From assembly GCA_976551045.1 (NCBI GenBank), contig CDPCPM010000011.1, forward strand, positions 6,758,001-6,822,000: DNA of 64,000 bases, in the 5' to 3' direction. This DNA comes from Glaucostegus cemiculus (Eukaryota). Shown one piece after another: positions 1 through 13,530 of the stretch. Made by a program: the position numbers and the translations under genes. The notes under the pieces were generated by a model. The model was not told the origin of the DNA and did no database searches. It saw only the letters and a list, made by a program, of their open reading frames with translations. Each line of letters begins with the position of its first letter. Position 1 is the stretch's first letter.

Positions 1-544
1 TTCCATTCTCCCAGTTTCCCCAGCTTAATCATAACCACCTCCTGCCAGTGATTCCAATGTTTCTTGCTTTTTCACAGTACTGTAGAACAGTTACAGCACA
101 GAAGGAGGCCACGTGGTCTATCAAGTCAAGGTTCTATGCAAGAGCATTTCTACTAGTCCCACCTACCCACTTCTCAACTCCCTTTTGAGTGCATCGACTG
201 AATCTGTCTCCACTTCAAGCCTGACTGTGCAGTCCAGACCCTAACTACTGACTGCAAGAACACAAAGTTCCTTCAGATTACTCCCCCAAAATTCCAGAGA
301 TTTTTAGATTCAGAGGTGGTGCCCAAGGATTGAAAAACTGTGGGTGTAGGGATAAACCTATAACTGCAGACCGCTCCATTTGACCTCTATATTGGGAAAA
401 GTTTAAGAAATGACGTACAGGTAGGTTAATTTGGGGGTTTAAAATGGGCGACGCGGACTCATTGGGCCGAAAAGGGCCTGTTACCACGCTGTAAATAACT
501 ACATAAATAAATAAATATAAAGATAAATAAATATAAAAATAAAA

Positions 545-1225
545 ATTAGGGACAAAAATCATTTGAATGTGTGGGTCAGATAGAGAATGCCAGCATGGAT
601 TTGTTGAAGACAAGTCATTTCTAATTAACTTGATATAGGTTTTCTTTGATGAAAGAAGAGGGGATTGCTGAGGGAATTGAGACTGATGTCATCTATAGGG
701 ACTTCCAAAAGGTCTTGAATAAGATTGAAGGCCACACAATAAAAGGGAGTGTCGCTGCATGGATAGAAAATTGATTCTGTAATAGGAACCAGAGAGTAGC
801 AATAAGAAACTGTTTTTTGGTCTGAAGAGAAGTATAAAGCAGAGTTCCCTGGGGTCAGTACAATCTATGAGTAACTGAAACTTGGGTGTACAGGGCACAA
901 TTTCCAAATTTGTAGATGACACAAAACTTAGATGTGTCATGAACAGCGAGAGAGATGGAAATAGATTTCAAAGAGACAAGCTGATGGCATGGGCAAATTG
1001 GTGGCAGATGAAATTTCGTGCTGAGGACTGTGAGATGTTTGGTAGGAAGAATGAGGAGAGGCATTATAAAGATAGAGAGCAGAGTTCTACAAGGAGTACA
1101 AGAGCTGGAAGGTCTAGGGTTAAGTGGGCATAGTTCATTAAAAGTGGAAGGGCAGGTTGACAAATTGATGAACAAAGCATGTGGGTCCTGGGCTTTATAA
1201 ATGGAGACACAGAGTGCAGGAACTC
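545..1225 (+). mobile_element. CR1-type LINE ORF2 RT fragment (degraded)
   Basis: cagcatggatttgtt (QHGFV); GVQGTISKFVDDTKL (FADD motif); WANWWQMKF; multiple stops and frameshifts. Confidence 0.75.
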
Positions 1226-1249
1226 TGTGATGAGCCTCTTTCCGTGACT

Positions 1250-1660
1250 GTGCTTTGAGTGATAGGGCCGGCAGCCACACTGATTCCATTCCCCACAATG
1301 CTGCTCTCACCTCCTTTCCCCTCAGCCCCTTGTCCTCACTCCACCCTCCCTCAGCCTCCACATTCTCATCCTCAGTCACTTCTGATACCACTATGAAACA
1401 CATCATCCCTTCCTTTCTCCTTTTTGCATTCCAAAGTGATTGCTTCCTCGGGGATTTTCTGTCCACTCTTCCATCTCCAGTGATACCTGCTTCTCTGTTC
1501 TCTCCATCCTTTCCCCTTTTCTCTGCACCTTAAGACTTGTTTTATTTTTAACTTTCTCATTTATGATGAAATGTCTTCAGCCTGAGTCATTAATGTTATT
1601 TCTCTTTCCACAGAGCTGCCTGACTTGCTGAGTATTTGCAATGTTTTCTTTTTTTCCCTC
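1250..1660 (+). mobile_element. Penelope-like retroelement fragment
   Basis: C-rich linker (cttgtcctcactccaccctccctcagcctccaca...) followed by the terminal motif tccacagagctgcctgacttgctgagtattt seen in other copies. Confidence 0.5.
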
Positions 1661-1788
1661 CCTCTGCTTTTCAATCCCAAAACGGTTGCAATCATGTTTC
1701 ACTCTGGAAACCACTGACTTTCGTGTTTAGCCAGGAAGGATGAATGCCAACTCACTACTTGTAGCAAATTAAATAAAAGTTAAATGGA

Positions 1789-2049
1789 TAGTTGCACGTA
1801 AGGGTGTACCACTCCTTCATTCCAGCAGAAGGCACTTTAGAGCATCAATATAAATGCTTCCTTTCCCCAGTGGTCTGTCAGATGGTCTGGATTTCCTAGA
1901 TGGCTATTTCCATAGGTAACCACTTGATGGCAGTACAATTGCACAGTCAGTCTGAAGTGCACAGAAATTTTTTTTTGGCAGAGATAATTTCATGCATTTT
2001 CCACGGGGTGGCATTTTCACGGAAGACAGTTTTATACCCCGTGCAACTA
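1789..2049. mobile_element. Putative MITE with terminal inverted repeats and TA ends
   Basis: TAGTTGCACG(taa)GGGTGTA at 1789 versus the reverse complement of TATACCCCGTGCAACTA at 2033-2049. Confidence 0.45.
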
Positions 2050-2519
2050 CAGGCAGAATGTAACTGTAACAGTTAGTAGAGTCATTTCAGGCAGGTTCTC
2101 AAACATTAAACCTTTTTACAACAGCCCAGAATAGTTAGGAGCCTACATCTAAAGTGCAATTAAGAGTTACTTCAGGTAAAATACTTAAAGTAAATCAGAG
2201 AGTAATTTAAAAAAATAAGTCTAGGATTAAAATATAATGCCTTTCACAACCTCAGAATATCCTCTTGTACAGTGTAACCATTCGGGTAATGGAAATTCGC
2301 ACTTACAGAATTTACAAATTATGACTAAAAAATTTGAGATGCACAATAAAAATATGGCCTTGTGGAATTTATGTAAAAATAGACTAAATAAACACAAAAT
2401 GCAAAAGAAACAAGTTTAGTCGATTTTTATCAAGTGTCTGTGTTGTGGAAAGTTGTGACACAGTGGGCTTTCTGGGAATGCATTCCCTCCGTAACGTGGG
2501 AGTTTAAATCCAATGCAAC

Positions 2520-3170
2520 AAAGAAGATGCCACCCCAGTGGGTCAGGCTGCATCTGAGGAGGTAAATGGACAGTTGATGTCTCAGATCAAGTTTCTTCAC
2601 CTGGACTGCACGAAAACAGAAAAGCTCAACATCATGGGGACCCAGGGGTACAAAGGTGAAGCCTCTGCTGAGGACAGTTGCTCTGCATCAGAGAGGGAAT
2701 GGTCACAGGGGATGGCAAGGACACAGCAGTGGTTGGAGCTAGGGTCAGGTGGAGGATCAGAAGTGGGCAGCAGGACGGAGATGTAGGTGGGGGGGAAGGG
2801 GGCTGGGAGAAGCAAGGGGAGGGTGAGAGGTTGGGGTGGCATATGAGATCAGGGAGGATGGAGAGTAGTGTCATGACTAGTGGCAGCGGAGAAGCAGCAG
2901 GACCCAGCGGTGGCATTGGGGGTATCCCAGCCCGAGTACAGAAAGCTGCAGTTGGACCTCATTATGACAGACAGATAGGTCGGAGTGGAAGTGGGGTGCA
3001 GAATTAAAGTGGCACTCCACAGGAATTTAGTTCACTCTGGACTAAACACACGTGCTCCACAAAAAGACCTCCTAATCCGTGTTTGGGTTTTCCAGTGTAG
3101 TGGAGACGACAGCACATTAGATTGGAGGAAGCGCAATTGAATTGCTGCTTCACCTGGTTGGGTCCAGGTC
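2520..3170 (-). mobile_element. Penelope-like retroelement 3' fragment
   Basis: Reverse complement resembles 63340-63900 (caggtgaagcagcaattc; ctccactacactggaaaacc; terminal gatgcagcctgaccc). Confidence 0.5.
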
Positions 3171-3779
3171 AAAGAAATGGGGCTGGAAAGCTCAACGTCA
3201 CCTTGGGCTCAGAATTCACTAAAGTGATGGAGATGAACCTGAGCACTGAATGTTTGGAGTCAGAGAGGGGTGGATCAGAAGGGATGGTGAAAACGAAGCA
3301 GCGGGTGGAATTGGTGGGGAATCGAGATGGAGTCAGAAGAAGATGAAGGGGGAGAAAGATCTGGAGGAGTATTGAAATCCAAGAGCTGCTGAAGTTTTCC
3401 AATCCTTGACCTCTGAAGGACAAGAGTAATCTGTTTCAGCACCAAGAGTGGCGAAAGAGAGAGTGAAACAGAGCGAGTCAGTGCTGTTGCAGAGAGAGAT
3501 CTGGAGCATGTGTGTGCTGACTCATGGCATTAAGTTCCTTGAGAAGCACTGGATACTTTGAACATAGCTGTGGTCGGAGGTGGATCCATATCATGGAGAG
3601 TAGAATTTCAGTTGTAATCCATATGGGATTAATTGGAGCTAGATCTACATGCAGAAGGAAGAGAAGTGGTATGGACGCAAGCTTTGCTACTGACAGTCAA
3701 GGAAGACATTCAGTCCACTGAGTCTCTGCTAGCTCTCAGACCTTTCCTGCTGGTCCCCTTTCCCCATTTATTTCCTTGT

Positions 3780-4015
3780 AACCTGTTCTCTCCCACATAC
3801 TGATCGACTCCACCCTGATTCATTTGCCACCCACCTACACGAGGAGGAGTTTAACCCACCTGCCCACCTGACTTCGGGATGTGGAAGGATACCAAAGCAC
3901 CCAGGCAAAACACAGTCACAGAGCAAGTGTGCAAACTCGACAAAGATAACACTGGAAGTTAGGATCGAACCTGGGCCACTGGAGCTATGCAGCAGCAGCA
4001 TTACTGCTGCACCAT
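3780..4015 (-). mobile_element. V-SINE-like element (degraded)
   Basis: B-box gggttcgatcc-like (ccaggttcgatcc); gagtttgcacac...ttccacatcccgaag V-domain remnant. Confidence 0.6.
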
Positions 4016-4569
4016 TACTGCTGCACCACAGAGCCTCCTCGAGAGCACAGCAAGATCCCACACTCAGCAGGACAGAGCAATCCTCAGGTAATATTCATTA
4101 GAGAAGCCATTTCTACTTGGTATCTTTTAAATGTAAACAGAAAAATTATTTGCTGATATTAATGCCTCTCACTAGTTCACCAGAATAAATATTCAGACCA
4201 AGCAGTAGCAGTGTGCAAACTGTTTTATCTACAGGAAAGTCACATTCACTGTTTTTTTATAATGAAAGTACAGGTATGGTTTCAATGAGGGTGATAATGA
4301 TCCAGGGTAAAATTTACTTGATGTACAAGTTAATCTGTAAATTTCTGTTTTCTCTTGTTCCACCATACCTGTGCTTCCATTAAAAAAAAGTGGTGAATGT
4401 GATTTTCCTGTAGATGAAGTAGTCTCTGCACTGTAGATGTGTCGTTACAGTAGCACATGACCCCAGGAAAACCAGGGCTATAGTATTAATCTGATTACTT
4501 ATTGAGTTATTATAATTCGCATTAAGACCCTTAAGGTGGCTGGAATAGTGATGGTATGATACATACATA

Positions 4570-5130
4570 CGAATTAGGAGCAAGAGCAGCCACCCAGCTC
4601 CTCAAGCCTACTCTGCCACTCAATAATATTGTGGCTGATTTGATGATAAACTCAACTCTGTATTCCCACTTACACCCAATAACTTTTCACCTCCTGGTTT
4701 ATGATGAATCCTCTTACCCATGTCTTAAAATATATTGCAAGGGTCCATGTCCACTGCCTATTGATGGAGAGAGTTACAAAGACTCAGAGCCCTGCAAGAG
4801 AAAAAAAAAGTTGCCTCTTCTCTGGCTTAAATGTGTGGTCCCCTACTTGACAACAGTGACCCCTCATTCTAGATTTTCAAACAAGAGGAAACATGCCCTT
4901 CCCTTCCACATAGTCGATATCGCTCAGGATCTTGTATGTTTCAATCAAGTTTCCTCTCACTTTTGCGAACTCCTGCAGATACTGACCTGGCCTGCTCAAC
5001 CTTTTCTCAAAAGGTAGCCCTCCCATTCCATGTATTGGTGTAGTAAGCCTTCTTTGAACCTTTTTTCAATGCATTAATATTATTCCTTAAATAAAGAAAA
5101 CAATATTTTACACTGTACTCCAGACACAAT
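4570..5130 (-). mobile_element. CR1 LINE 3' end (degraded)
   Basis: Reverse-strand CR1 3'UTR (aggagcaagagcagccacccagctcctcaagcctactctgccactcaat); similar remnants at about 10340-10760, 15365-15640 and 17375-17650. Confidence 0.6.
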
Positions 5131-7429
5131 CTCATCAGTGAAGTTATAGACTATAAAACTATGAACGTAACTGCATTCATGTGTTTTAGACATAATAATT
5201 GCCCTCCAGGATTTCATGGGATCCTAATGCTGCAGGGTGAACATGATACATTTAAGACAATTTTGTACTACTCCTGTTTTCAACAGTTGTTCAATTCATT
5301 TGAGAATCAAAACTTATTCATTTTATAAACATAAATTCAGTATTAAGGGATAATAATCAGAATGGGTATCTATTGAATTCAAATTAATCACCAAAAGAAT
5401 TCAGTAATAAAAACCGTTTTGCAATGTAAAAAGTCATATGAAGTAAAAGGGCTGGATAAATCCATTTCAATGGTACCAGCTCCAAGATCAATTGAAGCTG
5501 TAGAAATCTCATTAGTATTTTTACTGACTGAAAGTATTCTATGATCCATTTTTCAGGAAACAGAAGACAGATTTTATTGTAAAGTATTGTTTTCATTTGT
5601 CATTATTGTTGCCATTATTCTGTGGAGAGTATAATATGTCTCTTGTTTGATTAATCATTTGATTCAGGGCATTGCTACTGGCAGTTTGTGAAAGATATAG
5701 AGATACCCACAGGCAGCAATTTATTTGACTAAGTGTGAAGGCATTCATTGCACTAGAAGCTGTCTGTTCAAATAACAAATCTCAGTGTTAGATATATTAC
5801 AATGTTTCACCATAGAAATGGCCCGTTGCAGCTATAATTGAAAGTTCAAAGATGAAATAAATAAGATCATAAAATTAATGGAAAGGCTCTATGAAGTACT
5901 AAACATAAAATGCTAGGCAAGCCGGCCTGTTCTGCTGGTAGTAACTTTGCTGCAGCTCCAGTAAATGAGACAGAATGATGTATTGACAGCAGTGGAAGCA
6001 GATGTGGAGGAACGCTGGTCAGGAAGTTCATATTTTAATCCAAAAGGGGCAGTAGATTCCATGGAAGAAAGTTGTGCTAAACAAAATTAAACATAATTGT
6101 TGTACCTTCATTTTATTGAAATAAAGACAGGCACAGGGCTTTTCAAAAGATTAGGAAGCTTTTCATGCTTTTATCCAAGGTTTGCGCCAATGTTAATGAC
6201 AACAGAAACAAAACGCTTTTGCTGTTCTCTTGATGCCATTTATTTTGACTTCTTTTTGGACAAGTCTGCAGCTTGATCCTGTGTCTCTCTGGTAATCTTC
6301 AAACGTCCATCACGGCAATCACCACCCTCTCCTTGCAAGCAGCTGATCCGACCCGTTCCATTACATTCACTCATTTAACCTTCTGCCCAGCTAACTTTTC
6401 TTTCAAAACCACGCACCCATCTTGATGTTGACCGAGTGTATTCTACCACCTAATAATGTATCACTGTTCTCTTCCTCATTTCCTCCAGAATACCTGCCCA
6501 TTTGTAAAATAGGTCCAGGTTATTCGTAAACAATATAGTTTGATGTATTATGGCTTAGCTCAATATTATGGGATACCTTTTATGGAAATCAGCAAATAAT
6601 ATGACATTCTGATCTCCCTGGACTTTCTCCTCCTTATTCCACGCTTCTCATTTCTCATCGAGAAGCCTCCTCTTGACCATTGACTCCATCCTTGCAAACC
6701 ATAGCCCATGTTGGATATCCTTGAAGATCTGCCACCTCCCAAAATCAGTTCCCAGCTACTTAGGTTTCTCTTGCTGCTTCTGCTCTGAGGTTAGAAGTGA
6801 CAACCTAGTTGACTCCGATGATAATAAACTTCCATATCCTTTTCACATTTACAGTTCCCTCCAACACATTACCACCTTAACTAGTTGTGTGGACTTTTAC
6901 TTTCTCGTTCCATCATTTCAGCAGTCATAGCTGTGTGCTCGTCTGCAGCTTCCTAACCAGTTCGCCATGTACCTGCCAAGGAGTAATCCTGGCCCATCCC
7001 CTCCTAGTTCTCAAACACACACTGGCCCTCAGTGACACTGCTGACACCCAGCATTATCTGAGCATCACTTCTCTCAACTCCAAGTTGTCAGGATTAGCAC
7101 CAGTGCCAATGCTGGTCAGAGTATAAATGACAAGGTACATCAGGTGAATGGTATAAATAGGGGGGATTCAACTCCCTTGTACATTGAAGCCATTTTGGGT
7201 GAGGCGGGACCAGTCCAAGCGAAAATGTGCAGGATGGTGGGGAGGGGATTGGGGAAAATGCACGAGGAGGAGTGTTTGCTGTTGCTGTTAAACTAAAGTG
7301 GCAGGAGATTGGCGACTTCTGCAAAGAGGCAGAGGAAGGGGAAACTGAGATAGAAGCAAAAGACAGAACATGGAAAAGTAAAAGTGAAAGGCAGAGAAAT
7401 AAAAGGGCAAAAAACAGAGCCACAGGATA

Positions 7430-8000
7430 AAATAATGCTTAAAGGACTAAAGACTTTGTCTTAGTGCACAAAACAATAGCTAGAAGACGGATGTATTAAT
7501 TGCACAATTAGATGTAAACATGTATGATATAATTGGGATTATGGGGATTTGGCTCTTGAGGGACTAGGGATGGGCTTTGAACATTTCTGGGTATTTAATA
7601 TTTAGGAAGGACTGGTATAAAGGAGAAGAAAGATAAAAACCTGCAGATGCTGGAAATCTGAAATAAAGAACAGGAAATGATGGGAAACTCTTGAGTCAGT
7701 CAGAAACATCAGAAGAGTCTTTAGAGACTAAACCAGAAGAGTCTTTAGAGACTAAAACATTAACTGTTTCTCTTTCCACTGAGGCTGCTTGATCTGCTAC
7801 ATTTTTCCAGCATTCCCTTTTTATTTTATACAAAGACAAAGGAGTTGGACAGTGTTTCTAGATAAAGAGGAAATTAATGCAATGTTAGCTGAGATAATAT
7901 GGTATCTGGAAATAATGAGCTAAGAAATACCAAGAGGCAGAAAATATCAGTAGTAGTTATATACAAACCATACAGACCAAATTATCTTTGTCACCTTATC
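7430..8000 (+). mobile_element. CR1 endonuclease N-terminal fragment interrupted by a Penelope-derived short element (about 7635-7830)
   Basis: YDIIGI..IWL....GWALNISGYLIFRKD at about 7520-7612, with the CR1 sequence resuming after 7835. Confidence 0.55.
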
Positions 8001-11000
8001 AAATACCATCAGAAAATTGAAGTATAGTATATACCCAGGTCCCCCTTTATCTATAGCAGACTGAACCTCAATGAATTAGTCAAATGTGATTTCCTTTTTA
8101 CAAAACCACCTTGACTTTGCCCGATGACTTTCAATTTTTTCTGGCCTGCTGGAACACCTTCGATGATAGCTCCTTGCATTTTCCCTATGACAGACCATCA
8201 AAGCTAATTAGCATGCAGCTTCCCCCTGTATCCCTCAGTTTTTGAATAAAAGAATTACATTTGCTACTTTTCCAAAGAAATGGAACCTATTCCATCAGCC
8301 ATTTCCTTTAGGACCCTAGGATGAAGTCCATCTACACCCAGACACATGTTAGCCCACAAGTGCAACAATTTACTATGTACCATTTCCCTTGCATTGTAAT
8401 TTTCCTGAGTTCCTCAGGAACTTGTTAAGCTTGTTATGTTAGCACTCAAGAGTGAACTAGTAAATTATACACATATGTAATGATAAGAATCCATTTATCT
8501 GACTCACAGAGCAGGATGTATTGTCAGATAGTATTTGGATTCCACTGTAGCAATGGCAATAATGACATTTTTATTGATTTAGCATCACTGATTGAATGTG
8601 TAGTGTTCATGAGAATAAAACATGAAATAGTAACACCTTGCTGAATAAAAAAAATCAATAAAAGTGCCTGTAAATTGATAACATATAATTACAATAATAA
8701 AAAAGAAATCAATTGTAAATAATAGTTGAAATGGTTCCAACACTATCAGGACCTGGTGTTAAGGCCTGAACATTTTCAGACCTTTGCAAATGGTTATCCA
8801 GCCCCCAGATCAATATTTCTGAAATTCGATATTGTCTGTTCATTGCACAGTTGAAAGGATGCAAAGCATCCAAAGACATTTATAATTATTTAGGTCACTA
8901 ATGTTCTGGATCTGTAGTGATAGGATCGTACACCACAGAAGCAGAATCTTTGGCCTGTCCATGCAAACTATCAAGAGTCCTTCTACACTAATCCCATTGA
9001 GCAGCAGTTGGCCCACTACCTTCTATGCCACGGTAATTGAAGTGTTTGTCTAGTTACTTCTTCAATGTAGTGAGTACCTGCCTCCACCACCCTCAGGCAG
9101 TGAAGTCAACTATTCTTTTTATATATGGTTACAGTTAATAGCAGTTTTACAGCAACTTATATCAGTAAATATCCTCTTAAACATGAATGGACTCTTCCTA
9201 TGGTTTGTATTTTCTACCAGGTGTGACACTGTCTATAGACACTGTTTACATAAAATTTCCATATAATTATACTTTCACCTCTGGTCTATCTATCAGGTTA
9301 AGAATCAATAAGTCTAAAGCTTACCCTCTGACGCGAGTTCTGTGTAATTGGAAGTGAAGGCTGTCATACAAGATAACATTTTTCTGTAGAGCTTCAGCAG
9401 CTTAATCCAAATCAAAACATTTCCATTTCCTGACAGAGACCAGGAGATTAAAATCTCAATTAATGAATGCAGTTGAAACAAGTGTCAAACCAAGTACCAA
9501 ACATTTACTCATTAATAGTGTCAGGTCCCATCAGGCTGTCTGTTTAACATTAATGCCTCATATTCACAAATCAGATAAAAATTACAATCTTATTGGCCTC
9601 AACTAAGCCATGACTAGCAGAAATCCTACTGTATTGATTATAATCAATGGAGTTAGTTATTAACACTAAATCTGAACAGACAAATTATTGGATATGACCT
9701 GATATAAAGATTTAAGCAATGAGCATGAAAAACTGAATAGCTGAATATTTTTTCTCTCATTAGGTAAATATGCCTGGAGCATGCAAAGTTACAGTAAGAG
9801 CGTTAATGAACATGGTAATCCAGAAAACAAAAGCCCATTCATTCTTGAGATTTGCACCAGACATGAACTGTAAATTATGTATTCTCAGTTCCCAGTTGCT
9901 TCTTGGTTCTCCAGTACTTGTACTTGAATGAAAGTTCACCAAAAGGAAAGAAAACAGAAGACTTAGACATTTTGGCAGGCCAGGCTTGAGGGTCAGTCTG
10001 ACCTATTGCTGCTCCTATTTTCTATGTCCTTACATTTTGATACACAGGATATGTAAGTGGCCATCTTTCAACAACCAAATGCAAAAGGTACAGGGACTAA
10101 ACTGCCAGCTTTATACATATGCAACATTACAGACTTTGAAACTATCTCAAATTATCTACATTTGCTGACAGCAGATAAATATAGCAAATAAATACAGAGC
10201 AGTAAATCTAATTGGTGTTATAACTTTTGAAACTGTAATTTGACAATAAAATGTATATGGAGATAACAGCAGTTAAATTCCTTGTAGCTTGTTTGAAAAG
10301 ATAACATTTTGAAAGCTAAAACTTAAAGACTAACAAGAAATGGAAATAGGCCACTTGGTCCCTCAACCCTGTTTAATATCACCAGGCCTCATTTCTGTGC
10401 CAGTTCCAATTAACCCTCAATTCCCTGATCTTTCAAAAACTCATCTACTTACTGCTTAACAACCCCCAATGATCAAGCCTTCACAACCCACCGTGCCAGA
10501 GAACTCCAGACATTTATCACCCTCTGCATAAAGTTCCTGTGCACCTCAGTTTAAATAAACATCCCCTAATATTGAAACTACATCACTTCGTTCAAGATTC
10601 TCCCACTTGTGGAAATATCTTGGCCTCCATCCTGTCACGCTCCCTGAGGATCTCATGTTTCAGATCACTCCTCACTCTTCTGAGCTCCAAAGAATATAAA
10701 TCTAACTTCTTTAGCTGCTGGTGATAGGACAACCATCTCATCTCAGGGAAGTGATTATTCTTGCACCAGCTTCAGATGTAATATCAAGAAATTAAGCAAC
10801 AAATATTCTATATCATTTATGACATATATATCACATATCTGAGCTGCGAAACAACTGAAAAGCCAAATCCTCCTTCCATTTGTCAAATTTCCTGAGACAT
10901 GCATCTCATTTTATTGCTGAGCTTCCCATGCCATAACCATCCTAAGAGGCTTTTGCAAAGAAGTGGTGCAGGTGAAATGGCCCATTCACTTCCCAACATT

Positions 11001-12765
11001 TACACTGGTGGCAATTGGAAACCTTTGGCCTCTGGGTGTTCCACTCCTGCTCAGTGATTCAAGTTTATTCAGTAGGGACCAATGTACATCCAGCAAGCAG
11101 AAACCTCACATCAACCAATTAACATTGTGGCCAGCAGGACTGGGGCAGCAAGTCCCCAATATAAACTGCTTCCTCCCAGGTTGAAATTAACCCCTACAGT
11201 CGGTATTGTTATTGCATTTTGCAGAATACATTAAGTGAGTAACCCATCGCTGTGAATACAATTCTAGAAGATTATAAACAGATCCCACACAGAATCTCCC
11301 TTTAAACTGAATAGTTGTAAGAATGATGCATATTACACTCCCAAAGCTCCATGACACATTTTTCCTAATTCTGAGAATTGCACTGGTCAATTGAAGCAGA
11401 TGTTGCCAATACACAACCTTTTGCAGGTCTGAGCTTTTCAAAGTCAATTGCAAACTACTTACTGTTGCTGACACTATTATTTTGTGCAGTAAAGTTCACA
11501 TCTGTTGATTAGTTTATGGAGTGGTGCAAAGTTTATCTGACTCCAAATTGTCCTTATCAGAATTTTGTTTTATCTGGGGCTAACAAGGTGATGTTTTGAT
11601 CATTAAAAAAAAACATGACAGTGCAATTTGTCTTCAGGTACAGGAGATGATGTTCCAGACTGTCAACTTTCCTGTGTGTCCACAACATATTTCACACAAA
11701 TTGCTTTCTTCCAGTTCCTTCTGACTCATCAGCATAACATTAGAACAAAGTGTAATTGCATCCATTATTCTGAAGTTTTCTTTATCAATGCAGGTTATTT
11801 AGGGAGTTGCTGTACTTGCTAACCTTCCTGCTGTGAAATAGATGTAAAATGATACTTTGTAACATAAATTACAATACTCTAATTACCTTGAATAGCATTT
11901 TTATTGAAATTTCTTAGCTGATCTGATCACCTGATTGTGATGATGGTATAATTGTAAATCAGCAAAGTTACAAATTTATCTTTAAGTCATTTGCACCTTA
12001 ATGGTTTGTGATGACTTTGCTGAAAATCACATTCTTCTTAAATATTAGAGAAGTCTGAGATATGTCTTGAATTTGTGATTCCAACAGTGGCCCACTTGGA
12101 GTCAGTGCAGTCTGCTCAAACCATCAGAATCCTAAATGGATCACAATGCTTTAATGCATGTCTCTTTATCTTAAAAAGTGCTGGATGTACATGTTAAATT
12201 GTTGGTCATTTTTGGTTGACTATGAAGTGAGCCAAGGGGCATGGATTCAAAATGGAAATCTGTCATCTGGTCCATTGTGCCTCAGCAGGGTCTTTGAGAG
12301 AAGTCCTGTATGGTTTCACACACGCTAAAATCTGTAATCAAAAAACTTCTTCATCTTCAAATACCTGCACAAAGCACTTTTAAAATCATCTGTGAAATTA
12401 ACTTCCACAATTTTTAAAAATAACATTCTGCATTTCAAGACCTCAACAAAAAGTAATGTCTCCCCTTCAGATCCTCTCCATGATATTCCTACTCATTCTG
12501 AATGAACATACAAAATGGCAAACGTTCCCTTCCTTTCCACTTACTGATGATCTGCCTCATACGTTCATATGACAACATAGAAAGCTTACATGTTCTGCTT
12601 TGTTTTAGAAATATGTGATGTGTACAGCTCTAGACCCAGAAACAATTAATTTCTAACTGAGCTGTTATGAAAAGAGGTGTAAAGCAAATTGCACTTAGAG
12701 ATGGACAAAAATCTTACCTAAAGATCACAAACTGTTTTATTTTGTACCTGTTCAATTTGTCATAT

Positions 12766-12813
12766 ATATATCTATACATACACACACACACACACACACA
12801 TACATACACACAC
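12766..12813. repeat. (TA)n(CA)n microsatellite
   Basis: Direct reading. Confidence 0.9.
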
Positions 12814-12837
12814 ATGCTTAAACCATGCTTCAGATGA

Positions 12838-12986
12838 TTATCACAAGATCACAAGATCACAAGACAATGGAGCAGAAGCAGGCCAGTCGGCCCATCGAGT
12901 CTGCTCCAAAGGGAAGGGAAGGGAAGGGAAGGGAAGGGAAGGGGGGGGGGGGGGGGGTGGGGGGGTGGGGAAAAAAAAAAAAAAAA
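12838..12986 (-). repeat. About 70-bp CR1 3' tip with (GTGATCTT)n tail, abutting (GGGAA)n, poly-G and poly-A tracts
   Basis: atcacaagatcacaagatcacaagac-aatggagcagaagcaggccagtcggcccatcgagtctgctcc, then gggaa x6, G-run and A-run. Confidence 0.7.
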
Positions 12987-13019
12987 CACCTGGCAGGCCT
13001 ACTTAAGTAACTATTATTT

Positions 13020-13280
13020 GGCAGGTAATAATTTGCTTGCCATAGAGGCATAAGCCATCAAAATCCTGTACTAGAGGACAAATATCACACAAGCATGATT
13101 ATATAGCTCTTATCTCCAGTACAGCTACTCCAAAGTGAAAACTATAAATTGACTTGTTGCAAAATGTTTTTTGGCAATGAAGATTTATGTCAGGATAAGA
13201 TAAAGCTATATAAGCTCTACTTTCTGCTAGTGAGCATTTCATTTCTGTGTTCCTGGTTGCAACACTGACTGACAGAAGTC
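13020..13280 (+). promoter_or_regulatory. Putative ENPP7 proximal promoter (TATA box plus GATA/CDX/HNF-like sites)
   Basis: TATATAA at 13207-13213, about 70 nt before the ATG; tandem GATAA/AGATAA at 13194-13203; TTTATG at 13184-13189; CAAAGTGA at about 13131-13138; GGTAATAATTTGC at 13024-13036. Confidence 0.55.
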
Positions 13281-13530
13281 ATGGGAATATATTCTATCTT
13301 TTACTTAGCTCTTTCACTATCACTGACATTCAGTCTTCCTCTCTTCAGAGGTGAAAGGAAAAGCCGAAACAAACTACTACTTATATCCTTGGATGGTTTT
13401 CGTTGGAATTATGATCAAGACGTTACAACTCCAAATTTTCAAAAGTTAGTCAAAGAAGGTGTAAAGGCAAAATACGTCACCCCTCCCTTCATTACAATAA
13501 CCTCTCCGTCTCATTTCACTCTGGTAACCG
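13281..13530 (+). CDS. ENPP7: ENPP7-like alkaline sphingomyelinase, coding exon 1 (signal peptide, LDGFR metal ligand, catalytic Thr motif)
   Basis: ATG at 13281; hydrophobic leader MGIYSIFYLALSLSLTFSLP; KLLLISLDGFRWNYD and FITITSPSHFTLVTG match the ENPP7 motifs (human LLVSFDGFRWNYD, TMTSPCHFTLVTG); donor G|GTAAGT at 13531, phase 1. Confidence 0.95.
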
